A stretch of 63,017 nt of DNA, counting the filler, from Octopus bimaculoides (taxonomy: Eukaryota), in the NCBI RefSeq assembly GCF_001194135.2. It is 6 parts of 6 records of this genome, joined end to end, with 100 filler letters (N's around TTAATTAATTAA, not from the genome) between each part and the next. Parts side by side here need not be neighbours in the genome. Positions count along the whole stretch, not along the records: positions 31,645 to 47,668 come from NC_068983.1; positions 47,769 to 51,222 come from NC_068991.1; 4 more parts are not named here. One strand, given 5' to 3'. Within the stretch, counting starts at the first letter, position 1; every line of letters starts with the position of its first letter. A model generated the notes under the pieces. That model was not told the DNA's origin. It saw only the letters and a program-made list of their open reading frames with translations, and did not search any database. The position numbers were made by a program, and so were the translations under genes. Of the stretch, positions 37,913 through 49,560 are shown one piece after another.

Positions 37913-38149
37913 ATCCATGTATAGTCTTCTGCTCATATAGGCTCATCCTTTCATCTGATGAGACGTTTCGGTAGAGTCATGCAACTTCTTTGGGCATGTA
38001 TTCTAGGTTATCGGACAAAGAATATATGTATGTATGATTGAATATGTTTGTATATATGTACTTTTAATGATCTTTCTTCGGCATTGCAATACTAAGTTGA
38101 TGACAATTCCCCTTCCCTTGTCATTCACTAATGTGTGTGTGTGTGTGTG

Positions 38150-38285
38150 TGCATATATGGTACAAAAATAGAAAAAAACACGAAGACAAGGTACAGAAAC
38201 AAATAGGATGTACATTCAGGATTATTAGACAAAGTATTCAACATTTTGAGCATCCACTCTTCTACAGAAAGAATACATGAAAAGT
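38150..38285 (-). mobile_element. Degenerate copy of the 7.7/31.2-kb HHR-like repeat
   Basis: Reverse complement ttctttctgtagaagagtggatgctcaaaatgttgaat aligns with ttctttctgttgaagagcgtagctcgaaacgtcaaag. Confidence 0.55.
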
Positions 38286-38319
38286 GCGTGTATGTGTGTG
38301 TGTGTGTGTGTGTGTGCTG

Positions 38320-38700
38320 GGGGCCTCAAGGAGGCAAGGACCGAGACCATTTGGCATTATGCCGTGCTTCGAGTGTTGGGTCTCATGGAGGCAATGACCA
38401 AGTCCATTTGGCATTATGCCATGCTTTAGAAGAAGACTCATCAAGCCAAGTAAAACTGCAGTCATGGCAGATACCAGTGTCATGCAAATGGCACCCATGC
38501 TGGTGGCATGGTGGCATGTATAAGCACCCATTACACTTTCGGAGTGGTTGGCATTAGGAAGAGCATCCAGCTGTAGAAACCATACCAGAACAGACTGGTG
38601 TCTAGTGCAGCCTTCCAGCATCCCAGCCCTGGTCAAACCGTCCAACCCATACCAGCATGGACAACGGACATTAAAGGATAATGATGATATCATCATCATA
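38320..38700 (+). mobile_element. Family C (RTE-type 3' end or RTE-dependent SINE)
   Basis: cattacactttcggagtggttggcattaggaagagcatccagctgtagaaac ... ccaaccc-taccagcatggacaacggacattaaa-gat tail. Confidence 0.8.
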
Positions 38701-39488
38701 TATATATATCTTATAAATTTGAGTGATATTTCTCTGTCCATTACATTTTTATGTTCACTAACTCCTCCTAGACCATTGATGCAAGGGCAACAAAACTCAA
38801 ACCGGCAACTACTCTAATCTCAGGGAATGTCCTAAAGGGGTCTATTTTTTTAAGGCCCACCTAATTGGAGCCCACTGAACCCCACTATTTTTACTGCATT
38901 TTAAACTAAGTACATGGCATTGGTGACCAAATCAGAGCAATGACAATGAATTTCATACCATGAACTCCCAGTGAGTATCATAAATTTCTGAAGGGCTGTT
39001 TAAATGGGGCCCCACTGATCCCCTTATTTTTACTGCATTTACTGCACTCCTACATTTATGAATTAAACTATGATCAGCATCAGTGCTTAGCACATTTACA
39101 GAAATAAGTTTGGGTATTCTAAATACCTTCACGTACATTAAAATCGAGATAAAGTATTATAAAAGGTACATTTCAAGTGTGGTAGTGTAGATATTTGTAT
39201 TTTGTAGTTTATGAAACTTATGTCTAGTATATATATATATATTTGTATATTCCTCAATTGATCCTTTATCAACCTCTTGTGATCTCTACAGCTGTAACGA
39301 TTCTTTACTCATGTTTAAATATATAAATGTCATAATTTGAACCGTTACCAGATGTTTGCCTGTTTATATTCTTTATTATATTTTACTTGTACCTGTTCAG
39401 TCACAACACTGCCTATAGCCAATCTTCATTAGGCAGCAAGTCTAACCTGAGCACTAACTGTATGTGCCTATTACCTTATGTAATATTG

Positions 39489-39747
39489 CCTGAATTATAT
39501 ATTGAACATTTATGGTGCATTTTAGAAAAACAAGTAAGGAGTCAATATTGTCCACCGTCGTCACTACAAGAACTGGAGACTGTTTTAGCTAAAGAATAGA
39601 CAAAAATTTCTTTGGAAACACTTCAAACTTTGTACGAGTCTGTACCTTGTAGAATTCAAACTATAATTACTGCCAAAGGTGGTCCTACGCCATATTAAAA
39701 TAAATTTGTTTGAAATTTTAAGGTGTTTCCATAATTTTGTCCAACCC

Positions 39748-39750
<3 letters not shown>
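39489..39750 (+). mobile_element. Tc1-like transposon 3' end with TIR
   Basis: PEL-YIEHLWCILEKQV ... SSLQELETVL ... LQTLYESVPCRIQ-II-AKGGPTPY*, then ggtgtttccataattttgtccaacccctg running into (TA)n. Confidence 0.88.
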
Positions 39751-39804
<54 letters not shown>

Positions 39805-40045
39805 TCTGGTGGTGTAAAGCATTCATGACGGTGCCATATAAAAGCAGCCATGCAGCAACATGTAAAAGTGCCCGTGCAGTGCCACATAAAAGCACCCAGT
39901 ACATTCTGTAAAATGGTTGGTGTTAGGAAGGGCATCCAGCTTCAGAAACCATGCCAAATCAAACTGGAGTCTGATTCAGCTTGCCAGCCCTGGTCAAACC
40001 ATCCAACCCATGCCAGCATGGACAACGGATGTTAAATGATGATGA
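39805..40045 (+). mobile_element. Family C 3' end
   Basis: ggttggtgttaggaagggcatccagc ... ccaacccatgccagcatggacaacggatgttaaatgatgatgat. Confidence 0.8.
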
Positions 40046-40211
40046 TATGTGGTTTGTGCTTGATGAATATGCTTAAGATATTTCTCAACATGAAACTATT
40101 AGTAGCACATAAAAACATGTATTGTGTCTATTGAATAATATTTATCCATCACCAGATGGAGTACTTTTTTTGTTGATCTTAACCTTCATGGAACAGTACA
40201 TTATATATATA

Positions 40212-40430
40212 TCTTTTATCTTTTATGTGCTTTAGTCATTAAGTTGCAGCAATGCTGGGGCACCACCTCAAAGAGTTTAATCGAACAAATCATCCCCAGT
40301 ACAATTTTACTTTCAAAACCTGATACTTATGCTATCTGTCTCTTTCTGCTTAACTGTTAGGTTACAGGGATGGAAATAAACCAACACCAGTTGTGAAGTG
40401 GTAGGGAGAAACAAATACAAACACACACAC
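40212..40430 (-). mobile_element. SINE family A 3' half (old copy)
   Basis: tagtcatt ... gcaatgctggggcaccacct ... aatcgaacaaatca-ccccag ... ttatgctatc ... caccagttgtgaag. Confidence 0.7.
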
Positions 40431-40556
40431 ATACATACATTCATACATACAGTGTACTGTTCCATGAAAGGAAGATCAAAAAAAGATATTCCAATTGGTG
40501 TACTTTCCCCTTGAAACTGTTTGTAGCTTCATAAAATATATATACTGTGTTCATTA

Positions 40557-40598
<42 letters not shown>

Positions 40599-40702
40599 CG
40601 GAGATGCACTTGCATAGCAAGTGACCTGATCTGAGNNNNNNNNNNNNNNNATTTAAAATAACACACAAAATCCGTTAGATTCACTTCAACATTTAAATTT
40701 AA

Positions 40703-40753
40703 TTTGTCAAAATATTTTCGTCGCTTTGAGACCGCGACCTGTTCACTGACAAA
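40703..40753 (-). ncRNA. Minimal type I hammerhead candidate with G3:C8 core covariation
   Basis: UUUGUCA-GUGAACA-G-GUCGC-GGUCUCAAA-GCGAC-GAAA-AUAUUU-UGACAAA. 7-bp stem I, 5-bp stem II, palindromic AAUAUU stem III, UUU triplet. Confidence 0.6.
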
Positions 40754-40772
40754 ATTCTGTGCAGCACAGAAT

Positions 40773-40823
40773 TTTGTCAGTGAACAGGTCACGGTCTCAA
40801 AGCGACAAAAATATTTTGACAAA
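40773..40823 (+). ncRNA. Second copy of the G3:C8 hammerhead, mutated (G12A and a stem II mismatch)
   Basis: Same fold, with A at 40791 (stem II) and A at 40807 (G12 position). Confidence 0.45.
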
Positions 40824-40904
40824 TTAAATTTAAATGTTGAAGTGAATCCAACGGATTTTGTGTGTTATTTTAAATGGCTTATAAACACCTTCCACGCTGC
40901 AATT

Positions 40905-40944
<40 letters not shown>

Positions 40945-40950
<6 letters not shown>

Positions 40951-41105
40951 GGCTTCTTCACTTTCTCTCTATCAAATACACTCACATGGCTTTTGTTGAC
41001 CTGGGGCTATAGTAGAAGACACTTGCCTAAGGCACCTGTCATGCAGTGAAACTGAACATGGAACCATGTGATTGGGAAGAAAACTTCTTACCATGTAGCC
41101 ACACT
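40945..41105 (-). mobile_element. SINE family A head half
   Basis: gggcttcttc ... ggctatagtagaagacacttgcctaagg ... ggaaccatgtg ... cttaccatgtagccacac. Confidence 0.8.
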
Positions 41106-42179
41106 TATAAATTATTGCTCTGTGATTGTTTATAATATGTTTGGTTAAACTTGAATTTATAAATTACACTGTTTTGAACTGTAGTGAAATGGAATGGCTC
41201 TGTTCAAGCAGAACACATGATATCAGTAGGCTAACCTTTGTGTGTGTGTGTGTTTTGCCAGGTGTGCTACAAAACTGATGTAGTATTTTGTTTTATGACA
41301 GTGTTTGAAACTGCTTCTGGAGCTATGTACAACTGTTGCTATAACACTAAGTTACCTACTTCTGATATGTCATAATAAAATTACATTTTGATTTTCCAAC
41401 AATAACAACCTGCCCTCCATTAAAAATATTTGGCTTTTGTCTGCACCTCTGTTTGATTGTCATCCTTTAAATACATACATACATACACAGATGCACACAT
41501 ATAAGCACAGATTTATATGCACATATATACATACACACTCTCACATACATTTATTTTCTTCTTTGCTTGCTCTCTATTTTCACATAGAGACATGCATTTT
41601 GTTTCCTCTCTTTCCCACTCTTTATTTAGATACACACACTCCCATGCTCATATATGCAGGCATGTACACTTATACAATAATACATATATGCATATGAACA
41701 CCTACACATTTATATCCCTACTCATGCTTCCTATTCTGTTCATTTATAGCCACCTTTACAAAAGCCCTGCCTCTTTTCTTTCAGTTATAAATAATTTTGG
41801 AGACGTCTCAAAAATAATTGACTTAAGCAACAGCTCATTTCAACCTATCCATGCACCAATTGCACACATGCACTAACACTACTGTTGCCTACATGACATT
41901 TCTAATTAAATAACCTCCTAATTCCCTTGAAGTTAACTTGAAAGTATCAAGCTATGCATACAGGTGAAAATATCATTCATGTCACACACAGTTGTTTCAG
42001 TCATGTCAACTTTGACATTCAGGAAAGGTAGAAAAAAGAAACTTTGTTTTTTTTCTATTTTCCTATTTCATTGTGTGTTTGTGCATGTGTAAAATTGAGA
42101 GGGTAAGAAAAAAGGAAGAAGAATGAGTGTGTGTATTGGGTAATCATGGGATAGGGAAAAAATAAAGTATATAATCATA

Positions 42180-42516
42180 CTCTTACTCTGTCTTTTACTC
42201 TTTTACTCTTTTACTTGTTTCAGTCATTTGACTGTGGCCATGCTGGGGCACCGCCTTTAGTCGAGCAAATCGACCCCAGGACTTATTCTTTGGAAGCCTA
42301 GCACTTATTCTATCAGTCTCTTTTTGCCGAACCGCTAAGTTACGGGGATGTAAACACACCAGCATCAGTTGTCAAGCGAAGTTGGGGGTACAAACACAAA
42401 CACACAAACATAAACACACACAAACATATACACACACACACACATATACATATATATATATACATATACGACGGGCTTCTTTCAGTTTCTGTCTACCAAA
42501 TCCACTCACAAGGCTT
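42180..42516 (-). mobile_element. SINE family A, head truncated, (actctttt)n tail
   Basis: High similarity to 4691-5072, preceded by repeated actctttt. Confidence 0.9.
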
Positions 42517-42544
42517 TTTATTTTCTTTTTTTGTTTCAAAGTTG

Positions 42545-42774
42545 TAAAAAATACCTTTCAAGCATTGGGCCTCACAGAGGCAATGCGGCCAATGCCATTG
42601 TCATGTAAAAAGCACCTTTTGGGTGTCGGGCCTCACAGAGGCAATGTGGCTGGTGCTGGTGTCACGTAAAAAGCACCTTTCAAGCTTTGGACCTCACGGA
42701 AGCAATGACAGATGACTGAGATCTTTGGCAATATGCTGTACTTGAGAAGACCCATCAAAGTGGTTGGTGTTAGG
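42545..42774 (+). mobile_element. Family C-related subrepeat region
   Basis: Three units of gtaaaaagcacctt ... ggcctcacagaggcaatg ending in gtggttggtgttagg at the gap. Confidence 0.7.
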
Positions 42775-43249
42775 NNNNNNNNNNNNNNNNNNNNNNNNNN
42801 NNNNNNNNNNNNNNNNNNNNNNNNNNNNNNNNNNNNNNNNNNNNNNNNNNNNNNNNNNNNNNNNNNNNNNNNNNNNNNNNNNNNNNNNNNNNNNNNNNNN
42901 NNNNNNNNNNNNNNNNNNNNNNNNNNNNNNNNNNNNNNNNNNNNNNNNNNNNNNNNNNNNNNNNNNNNNNNNNNNNNNNNNNNNNNNNNNNNNNNNNNNN
43001 NNNNNNNNNNNNNNNNNNNNNNNNNNNNNNNNNNNNNNNNNNNNNNNNNNNNNNNNNNNNNNNNNNNNNNNNNNNNNNNNNNNNNNNNNNNNNNNNNNNN
43101 NNNNNNNNNNNNNNNNNNNNNNNNNNNNNNNNNNNNNNNNNNNNNNNNNNNNNNNNNNNNNNNNNNNNNNNNNNNNNNNNNNNNNNNNNNNNNNNNNNNN
43201 NNNNNNNNNNNNNNNNNNNNNNNNNNNNNNNNNNNNNNNNNNNNNNNNC

Positions 43250-43582
43250 CAGGATTTATTAAATTTTTTTTTTTTTGAGCCTAGTACTTATTCTATCGGT
43301 CACTTTTACTAAACTGCTAATATATAGGGACATAAGTACACCAACACCATTAATCAAGCGGTGATAAGGGGACACACACAGACACAAAGCCACACATACA
43401 TAGATACATGCATATATATATATATAATGGGCTTCTGGGTATCTTTCACTTTCTGTCAACCAAATCCACTCATGGAGCTTTGGTCAGCCTGAGGCTATTA
43501 GTAGACACTTGACCAAGGTGCCATACAGTGGGACTGAACCCGCAGCCATGTGGTTGGGAAGCGAGCTTTTTACCACACACCA
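43250..43582 (-). mobile_element. SINE family A
   Basis: Homologous to 4691-5072. Confidence 0.8.
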
Positions 43583-43916
43583 TGGCGGTACCTGTTTTGT
43601 GGATACTTCCTCACTTCTTCCCACCAGTGTCTGAGATTCTGCAAAAGGCCATGAGTAATGCTTTCCTTCTTGACTAAAAGATTTTAAAAAATATAAATAA
43701 AACTTTCATAGCCAATGAGGAAGGGAGCCTGACTTGCCAAAAATAGCAGTCAAATCTACCTCAAATCCCACCTCATGCTATCTTAAATATGGAAGGATAC
43801 AACAGATAATGTAGTCCCAGATACCTTTAGATAGATAGGATGGTCATGGCTGGAACTGAACCTGAAGCCGAATTGTTGGGGAGCATGCTTCTTAACCACA
43901 CAGCAACACCTTCAGC

Positions 43917-43954
<38 letters not shown>

Positions 43955-44584
43955 CCATAGACATACATCTCTATAAAGGTAAAATAGTCATAAGATAGCA
44001 TGTTAGCACTTTTTACAAAAAAGTGGGTTTTTTAAGGAGATATAGTTTTTAGTAGTATGATTTCTTACAGATATAAAAGAGACAATATATTTATAGTTAT
44101 GTCACTGAAGCAACGGTCAACCCTGACTGAGTACACTTGTGATAAAAAGCATTCCAGTCTTGATCATACTGGTTTGTTGTTTGTTATTCTTCTTTTTTTT
44201 TGTGAGAGACTATTGCATTGTCCAACATATGCTTTCTTATTTTAATATGATTGGATGTGATTTTGAAAGACACTTGGTTGCTATCCCTAGCAGGTCAAGT
44301 GACTATTTAAAAACTTCTTTGTTGACACTTCATTTTTATAATTTATGTATTGCAGATTGTGTATACCAGAATATTATACTAGTTTACAAAGGCAGCCATG
44401 AAAATCAAAGTTTCTTGAGAAAGAGAAATGGGATTTTTTGAGGCTGCTATCAAACCCTTGCATGTAAATGAGATGGAACTGCAACTCAGTACCATGATCC
44501 AAATTCCCTCTTAGCACTCACCTATCATACTTCTGGTACCTAATCAATAAATTAGTCGGTTACTGTTGGACTGTTAAATTATCT

Positions 44585-44785
44585 TCTACTTGTTTCAGTC
44601 ATTAGACTGTGGCCATGCTGGAGCTCCACCTTGAAGAGTTTAGTCATACAAATTGACCTCCATACTTTATTTCTTTTCTAAGCATGATACTTATTCTATC
44701 AGTCTCTGTTTGCCAAGCTACTAAGTTACAGAAATGTAAACAAACCAACACTGTTTGTCCAGTGGTAATGGGGGACAAACACATA
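44585..44785 (-). mobile_element. SINE family A 3' half
   Basis: cttgtttcagtcattagactgtggccatgctggag ... gatacttattctatcagtctc ... aaaccaacac ... ggggacaaacac. Confidence 0.8.
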
Positions 44786-44894
44786 CATACATGCATGCAC
44801 GCATGCATTCATGCATACATACATACATGCATACATGCATGCATACATACATGCATGCATACATACATACATACATACAGACAGACAGACAGAC

Positions 44895-45513
44895 ATAAGC
44901 AAGCAGTTGTCTGAAAATATCATCACAGTATTATCTACTAATGAGACATGATGTAGCTAGGACACTCTGTAATGAAGTCTGTCAGAAGGATAATTCTGAG
45001 AACAAAGAAATAAGAACCCACAATTTGGTAGAAGCCATAGCCACTCATAATAAAAAGGAATACTGGTGCAATGTACCAGTGAAGAGCTCAATAAAATGTA
45101 AGCACAACAGACCTGATATAATTATTTGGAATAAAGAAAAGAAACTGTGCACAGTTGTAGAAATTTGCTGCTCAGCCGATGTTAACATAAAGCTGAAGAT
45201 CAGTGAAAAAGAGAACACCTATGCTGAACTATTGAAAAATCTGCAGTTACTCTATCCATATTACAAGTTCAATACCTGTAATTATTGGGGCCCTGGGATA
45301 TGTAACACTCTGCCTAAATACCAATATTGAGAAGTTAGGCTTCTCAAAACTAGAAAGGAGAAAGCTAATTCAAAGACTACAGATCCAATCCATCACTGGA
45401 ACTGTAAAAATCTGTAAAACTTTCCAGAAGTTTATCATTTAAATATATATGAGCATGTCTAGATATGCAACTATATGCATGAGAATACATACATAAAACA
45501 TACAAATCTGCAC

Positions 45514-45544
<31 letters not shown>

Positions 45545-45655
45545 CATACGCACAAACAAAAATATCTTGTTATTAATATTGAAATTCCAATGAAGGTTAG
45601 AAACCAGTTCTTTCTCTCATGGCAAGAAATCTTGAAATAAACAAAATAATGACAT
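44895..45655 (+). mobile_element. RLE non-LTR family 2, 5'-truncated, with 3' UTR
   Basis: MRHDVAR-L-NEV ... KCKHNRPDIIIWN ... VVEICCSADVNIKLKISEKENTY ... GTVKICKTF; colinear with the reverse complement of 36545-37290. Confidence 0.88.
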
Positions 45656-45659
45656 ACGC

Positions 45660-45800
45660 ACATATTCATTCGCACGCAACTGGATTCTTTCATTTTCCAT
45701 TGACCAAATCCACTCACAAGGCTTTGAATAGCCCTGGGCTATAGTAGAAGGCACTTGCCCAAGGTGTCACACAGTGAGATTAAGCCTAGAACCATATTTT
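45660..45800 (-). mobile_element. SINE family A head half
   Basis: ccaaatccactcacaaggcttt ... gggctatagtagaaggcacttgcccaaggtgtcacacagtg. Confidence 0.8.
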
Positions 45801-46059
45801 CTCTTTATAAACTCATGCTCCACATAGTTGAAGGTATTACAATGCTTTAACAACTGCACTAATTATGCAATAACTAGCTTATGAGGAAGAAGGGAACCCT
45901 CTAAGTGATAACCTACTAGAAATAGCAGACATATCCCTCTCAAATTGTAACTAAGGTAGAATTGTTAGGTCCAGAACACTTTGATCATTGGTCAGCTTGA
46001 TTGGAGTTGACTTGAAACTAAAAAACAACAACAATATCACCATCAACATCTGCAGCAGC

Positions 46060-46240
46060 ATCATTTATCATCGTCTTCTCATGTGACATGGGGTGGACGG
46101 TTTGACAGCATCTAGCAAGTCAGAGAATTGTACCAAGCTCTAGTGTCGGCTTTGGTATGGTTTCTACAGCTGGATGTCCTTCTTTATACCAACTGTTTTA
46201 CAGAATGTATTACATGCTTTTAATGTTGGCACCAGCAAGG
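46060..46240 (-). mobile_element. Family C 3' end (old)
   Basis: catggggtggacggtttgac ... ggtttctacagctggatgtccttct is the reverse of the family C terminus. Confidence 0.65.
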
Positions 46241-46845
46241 TTGTAAAAAGTGCCCAGTACACCCAATTATAATTAATAAATATTCCATAATTTTATTTTA
46301 ATATTGGCATTAATTAACTTATTCTTTTTACTTAATTATTTGTTAATGTTTTATTTTGTATTTCCTATTACAGATAGGATCATTAACAGATAAATATCTG
46401 TTTGAACATTCTGGAATAGCAAAACGATCTTTATCACCAAGTCACACGCACCTAGAAAAATTATCAAAAGACCAAAATGTGAGTAACCACTTATTCTCAG
46501 TTCTGTCTTCAGTTTTTCAAGCAACAACAACAATATAATAAATATTATTTTAGTTGTTGTTTGACTCCATTTCACTTGGCATAAATACACTTTTAGCTTA
46601 ACTGCTGTTGACTTTGGCTTCTTTGTTTGTAACCTTTATGAACTGTTAACAACTTCACTCTCTTAACTAATTGTTTTATCTCTTAAGGGCAGTAGATATT
46701 TTTAAGGATAAGCTTAGTAGAACTTGAGGCAAAATACTTTGTAGTGACTGCTTACATCCTTTTGAGGTCACTAAAACAAGAACCAGTCTATATACAAGAA
46801 TCTAGGGCAATATAATTAACTGAGTCTTTGAAGATAAACATCAAG

Positions 46846-46988
46846 TAACCCTTTAGCATTCAGATTTCTCTGTCAAATGTAACTCTTATTTATTCCCAGT
46901 ATTTTGAATTTATTATGCATTATCTCCTTTAGATAATGCATGATTAATTCAAAATTATGCATTATCTCGAGAGGTTTTGATGATGTGA
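46846..46988. mobile_element. piggyBac-like MITE end
   Basis: Begins (t)taa-ccctttagcatt; TTAA followed by CCC is a piggyBac-type terminus. Confidence 0.5.
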
Positions 46989-47285
46989 TTGTTATCTCCA
47001 CCTTAGCAAAGGCGGAGGCATTGTTTTCAGTTGTGTTCGTTTGTTTGTCTGTGGACAAGATATCTCAAGAACCGCTGGATGGATTCGGATGAAACTTTCC
47101 AGGATGTTTGGCTTCATGACTAGTACAAACTAATCAGATTTTGGTATCGATCTAGTACTGGACAAGGATTCTGGATTATTTTTACTGTTTTTTTTTTACT
47201 TAATTTTTGAGAGCAGTCAGGTTCATTTTTAGTATTCTAGTTTGTGAGAGCAGTCAAGTTTTTTTTCAGATATTCTCATTTTAAA
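46989..47285 (+). mobile_element. HINE/Helentron-type non-autonomous element 5' part
   Basis: ttgttatctccaccttagcaaaggcggagg (hairpin), gtttgtttgtctg microsatellite, gatatctcaagaaccgctggatggattcggatgaaactttc: DINE-1/HINE-like layout. Confidence 0.55.
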
Positions 47286-47287
47286 AA

Positions 47288-47668
47288 TCTTAGATACAAA
47301 TAATTACAGAGGCATCAAGCTGTTAGATCAGGTTATGAAAGTTACAGAGAGGGTCATAGCCCAACTAATTAGGGAGCGAATCAATTTAGATGAGATGCAG
47401 TTTGGGTTCGTGCCAGGTAAAAGCACTACTGATGCCATATTTCTAGTGAGACAGTTGCAGGAGAAATACCTAGCTAAGGATAAACCTCTGTACCTGGCTT
47501 TCGTTGACATGGAGAAAGCCTTTGACAGGGTCCCCCGATCCCTTATCTGGTGGTCAATGAGGAAACTTGGGATAGAAGAATGGTTAGTGAGAGCTGTGCG
47601 AGCCATGTACAGAGATGCTGCCAGTAAGGTGAGGGTTGGAAATGAGTACAGCAATGAATTCCGGGTAG
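47288..47668 (+). mobile_element. RTE-clade LINE reverse transcriptase fragment, open frame into gap
   Basis: NYRGIKLL ... QFGFVPGKSTTDAIFLVRQLQEKY ... LYLAFVDMEKAFDRVPR ... RAMYRDAASKVRV. Confidence 0.93.
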
Positions 47669-49094
47669 NNNNNNNNNNNNNNNNNNNNNNNNNNNNNNNN
47701 NNNNNNNNNNNNTTAATTAATTAANNNNNNNNNNNNNNNNNNNNNNNNNNNNNNNNNNNNNNNNNNNNTATATATATATATATATATGCATATCATGTAG
47801 ACGGTGGTGTTTACCTACTGACATATGCAATACAATTCTAAATTAAGTGAAAGCTATTTTATTTGTTAGGTCTGGCGGAAAGGACAAAACCCATAGCCAC
47901 CGAGATTGATGAGAGCAGTGTGGTTGATGCCAGTGACGTTTTCAGTTCAACTGCTGCAAGTCGATGACTGCTGAAAAGATGCTAGCTGAAATCAAATTCC
48001 AGAGGGTGAATATTTGAGAAGGAAGAATTGGATATTGAAGTTATTGTGGGATGGAGGGGGAGAAATCAACATGGATGATTAGAGGAAGATAGGCTTGTGT
48101 TTGATGATTGAAGGTGGTACGAAACCAGGTAGCTCTGAGGAATAAAAAGAACTACGGTATACTACTTGAAAAAAGTACACAAACATTTTCAGGCAATTTT
48201 GAGCGAGTTTCATTGAAAAGGGAAGACAATCTTTATATATGAACTACTATATAGACCTTTTGAAAATCTGCTCAAGAGGAAATGAAACTATAAAAGATAT
48301 GTCATAGAATGTCAGGTGGAACTACCCCTTGGACGGAAAGGAGTGAACAGAACACCTTATAGGAATCGAGCCGAGGCGGATGTAATACCAGTGCGCTCAT
48401 GAGACCCTAACAAATTGTAGTCTTCGAATTAGAAGCTTTATTCGAGCGAGAGAGAAAGGGAATAAATTTGTTTTGGCTTGTATTAGCAATTTGAAAATAA
48501 GTTTAAGAACGTGTTTAAATTGAAATAAGGTTATAAACGTTAGCATATTAGAACATGTTGGTCGCATATTAGAACATAGAACATATTAGAATATTTCGTA
48601 TGTGTGTGTTTATTACCGGCATAATAGTGCGTGTGTTTATTATCGGCATAATGCCTCTCCCAAGGTTTAATAGTATATTAGAATATCTTTGGTTAAAGTA
48701 TAGTTATTTTATAGTATTTGATCATCAAAAGTGTTCAAGATATGACCATCCTATATTCTTTTCTTTTACAGTGTATGTAGTTATATCAGTCAATGTTAGT
48801 TTCTTTTAAGATTTCAGAAGAGTGTAAGTAGATTTGACTGTTATTTCTAGCAGGTGAATCCACGAGATTACAGCTTGTATCATTATTGAAGATACAATTT
48901 GTGGCTCGTTCTCTATACGTTTACAGTAAAAATCCCACAATAATTTTATTTCAGCTAGTATTAATGAACAATAGGTTTGCAACAGACAGTCATGGTGTGA
49001 CTTACAAGTGAGTGCCTGTAAGTCGATGCAGAACAAATATTTCAATGGACTTTGTTCAAAAAGCAGCGGATTTTCAATTCCTTCGAGGTAAAAA

Positions 49095-49560
49095 TACACA
49101 CACGCATATACACACACGCACACACACACACACACACGGGCACACACACATACACACACGCACACACGTATACGTATTCACACACACACACGACCTCGTA
49201 CAAACACACATACACACACACTCACACAAACACACATACGCACAAATGCACCTAGTTACAATACATGCAGGTAGTCACAGTCATACACACACAGACACTC
49301 ACACACGCAGGCACACACGCATACATACACACACACACACACACAAATGCACATAGTTACAATATATGCAAGTTGTCACACACAGTCATACACAATCACG
49401 GACGCACAAATACACACGCACGCTCACGCACAGACACACATACACGCACGCACGCACGCACACAAACACACACATACAGACTCACACACACGCATGCACA
49501 CACGCACACACTTACACACACACACGCACGCACACACACGTGTATGTGTGTGTGTGTGGC
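49095..49560. repeat. Degenerate (CA)n low-complexity tract
   Basis: Directly visible. Confidence 0.95.

Larger units (their letters stand above)
40598..40908. mobile_element. Palindromic element in (TA)n: 112-bp arms (40651-40762 and 40764-40875), 1-nt loop, 3 mismatches
   Basis: Arms compared base by base. Mismatched pairs are 40677/40849, 40719/40807 and 40735/40791. (TA)n on both flanks. Confidence 0.92.

Noticed and set aside
37950-37990. ctgatgagacgtttcgg motif
   Set aside because: The two core halves lie on opposite strands, so no complete fold forms on either.
47868-48000. Possible exon after ttttatttgttag
   Set aside because: The only open frame is 31 codons with no homology I recognise and no good donor site.
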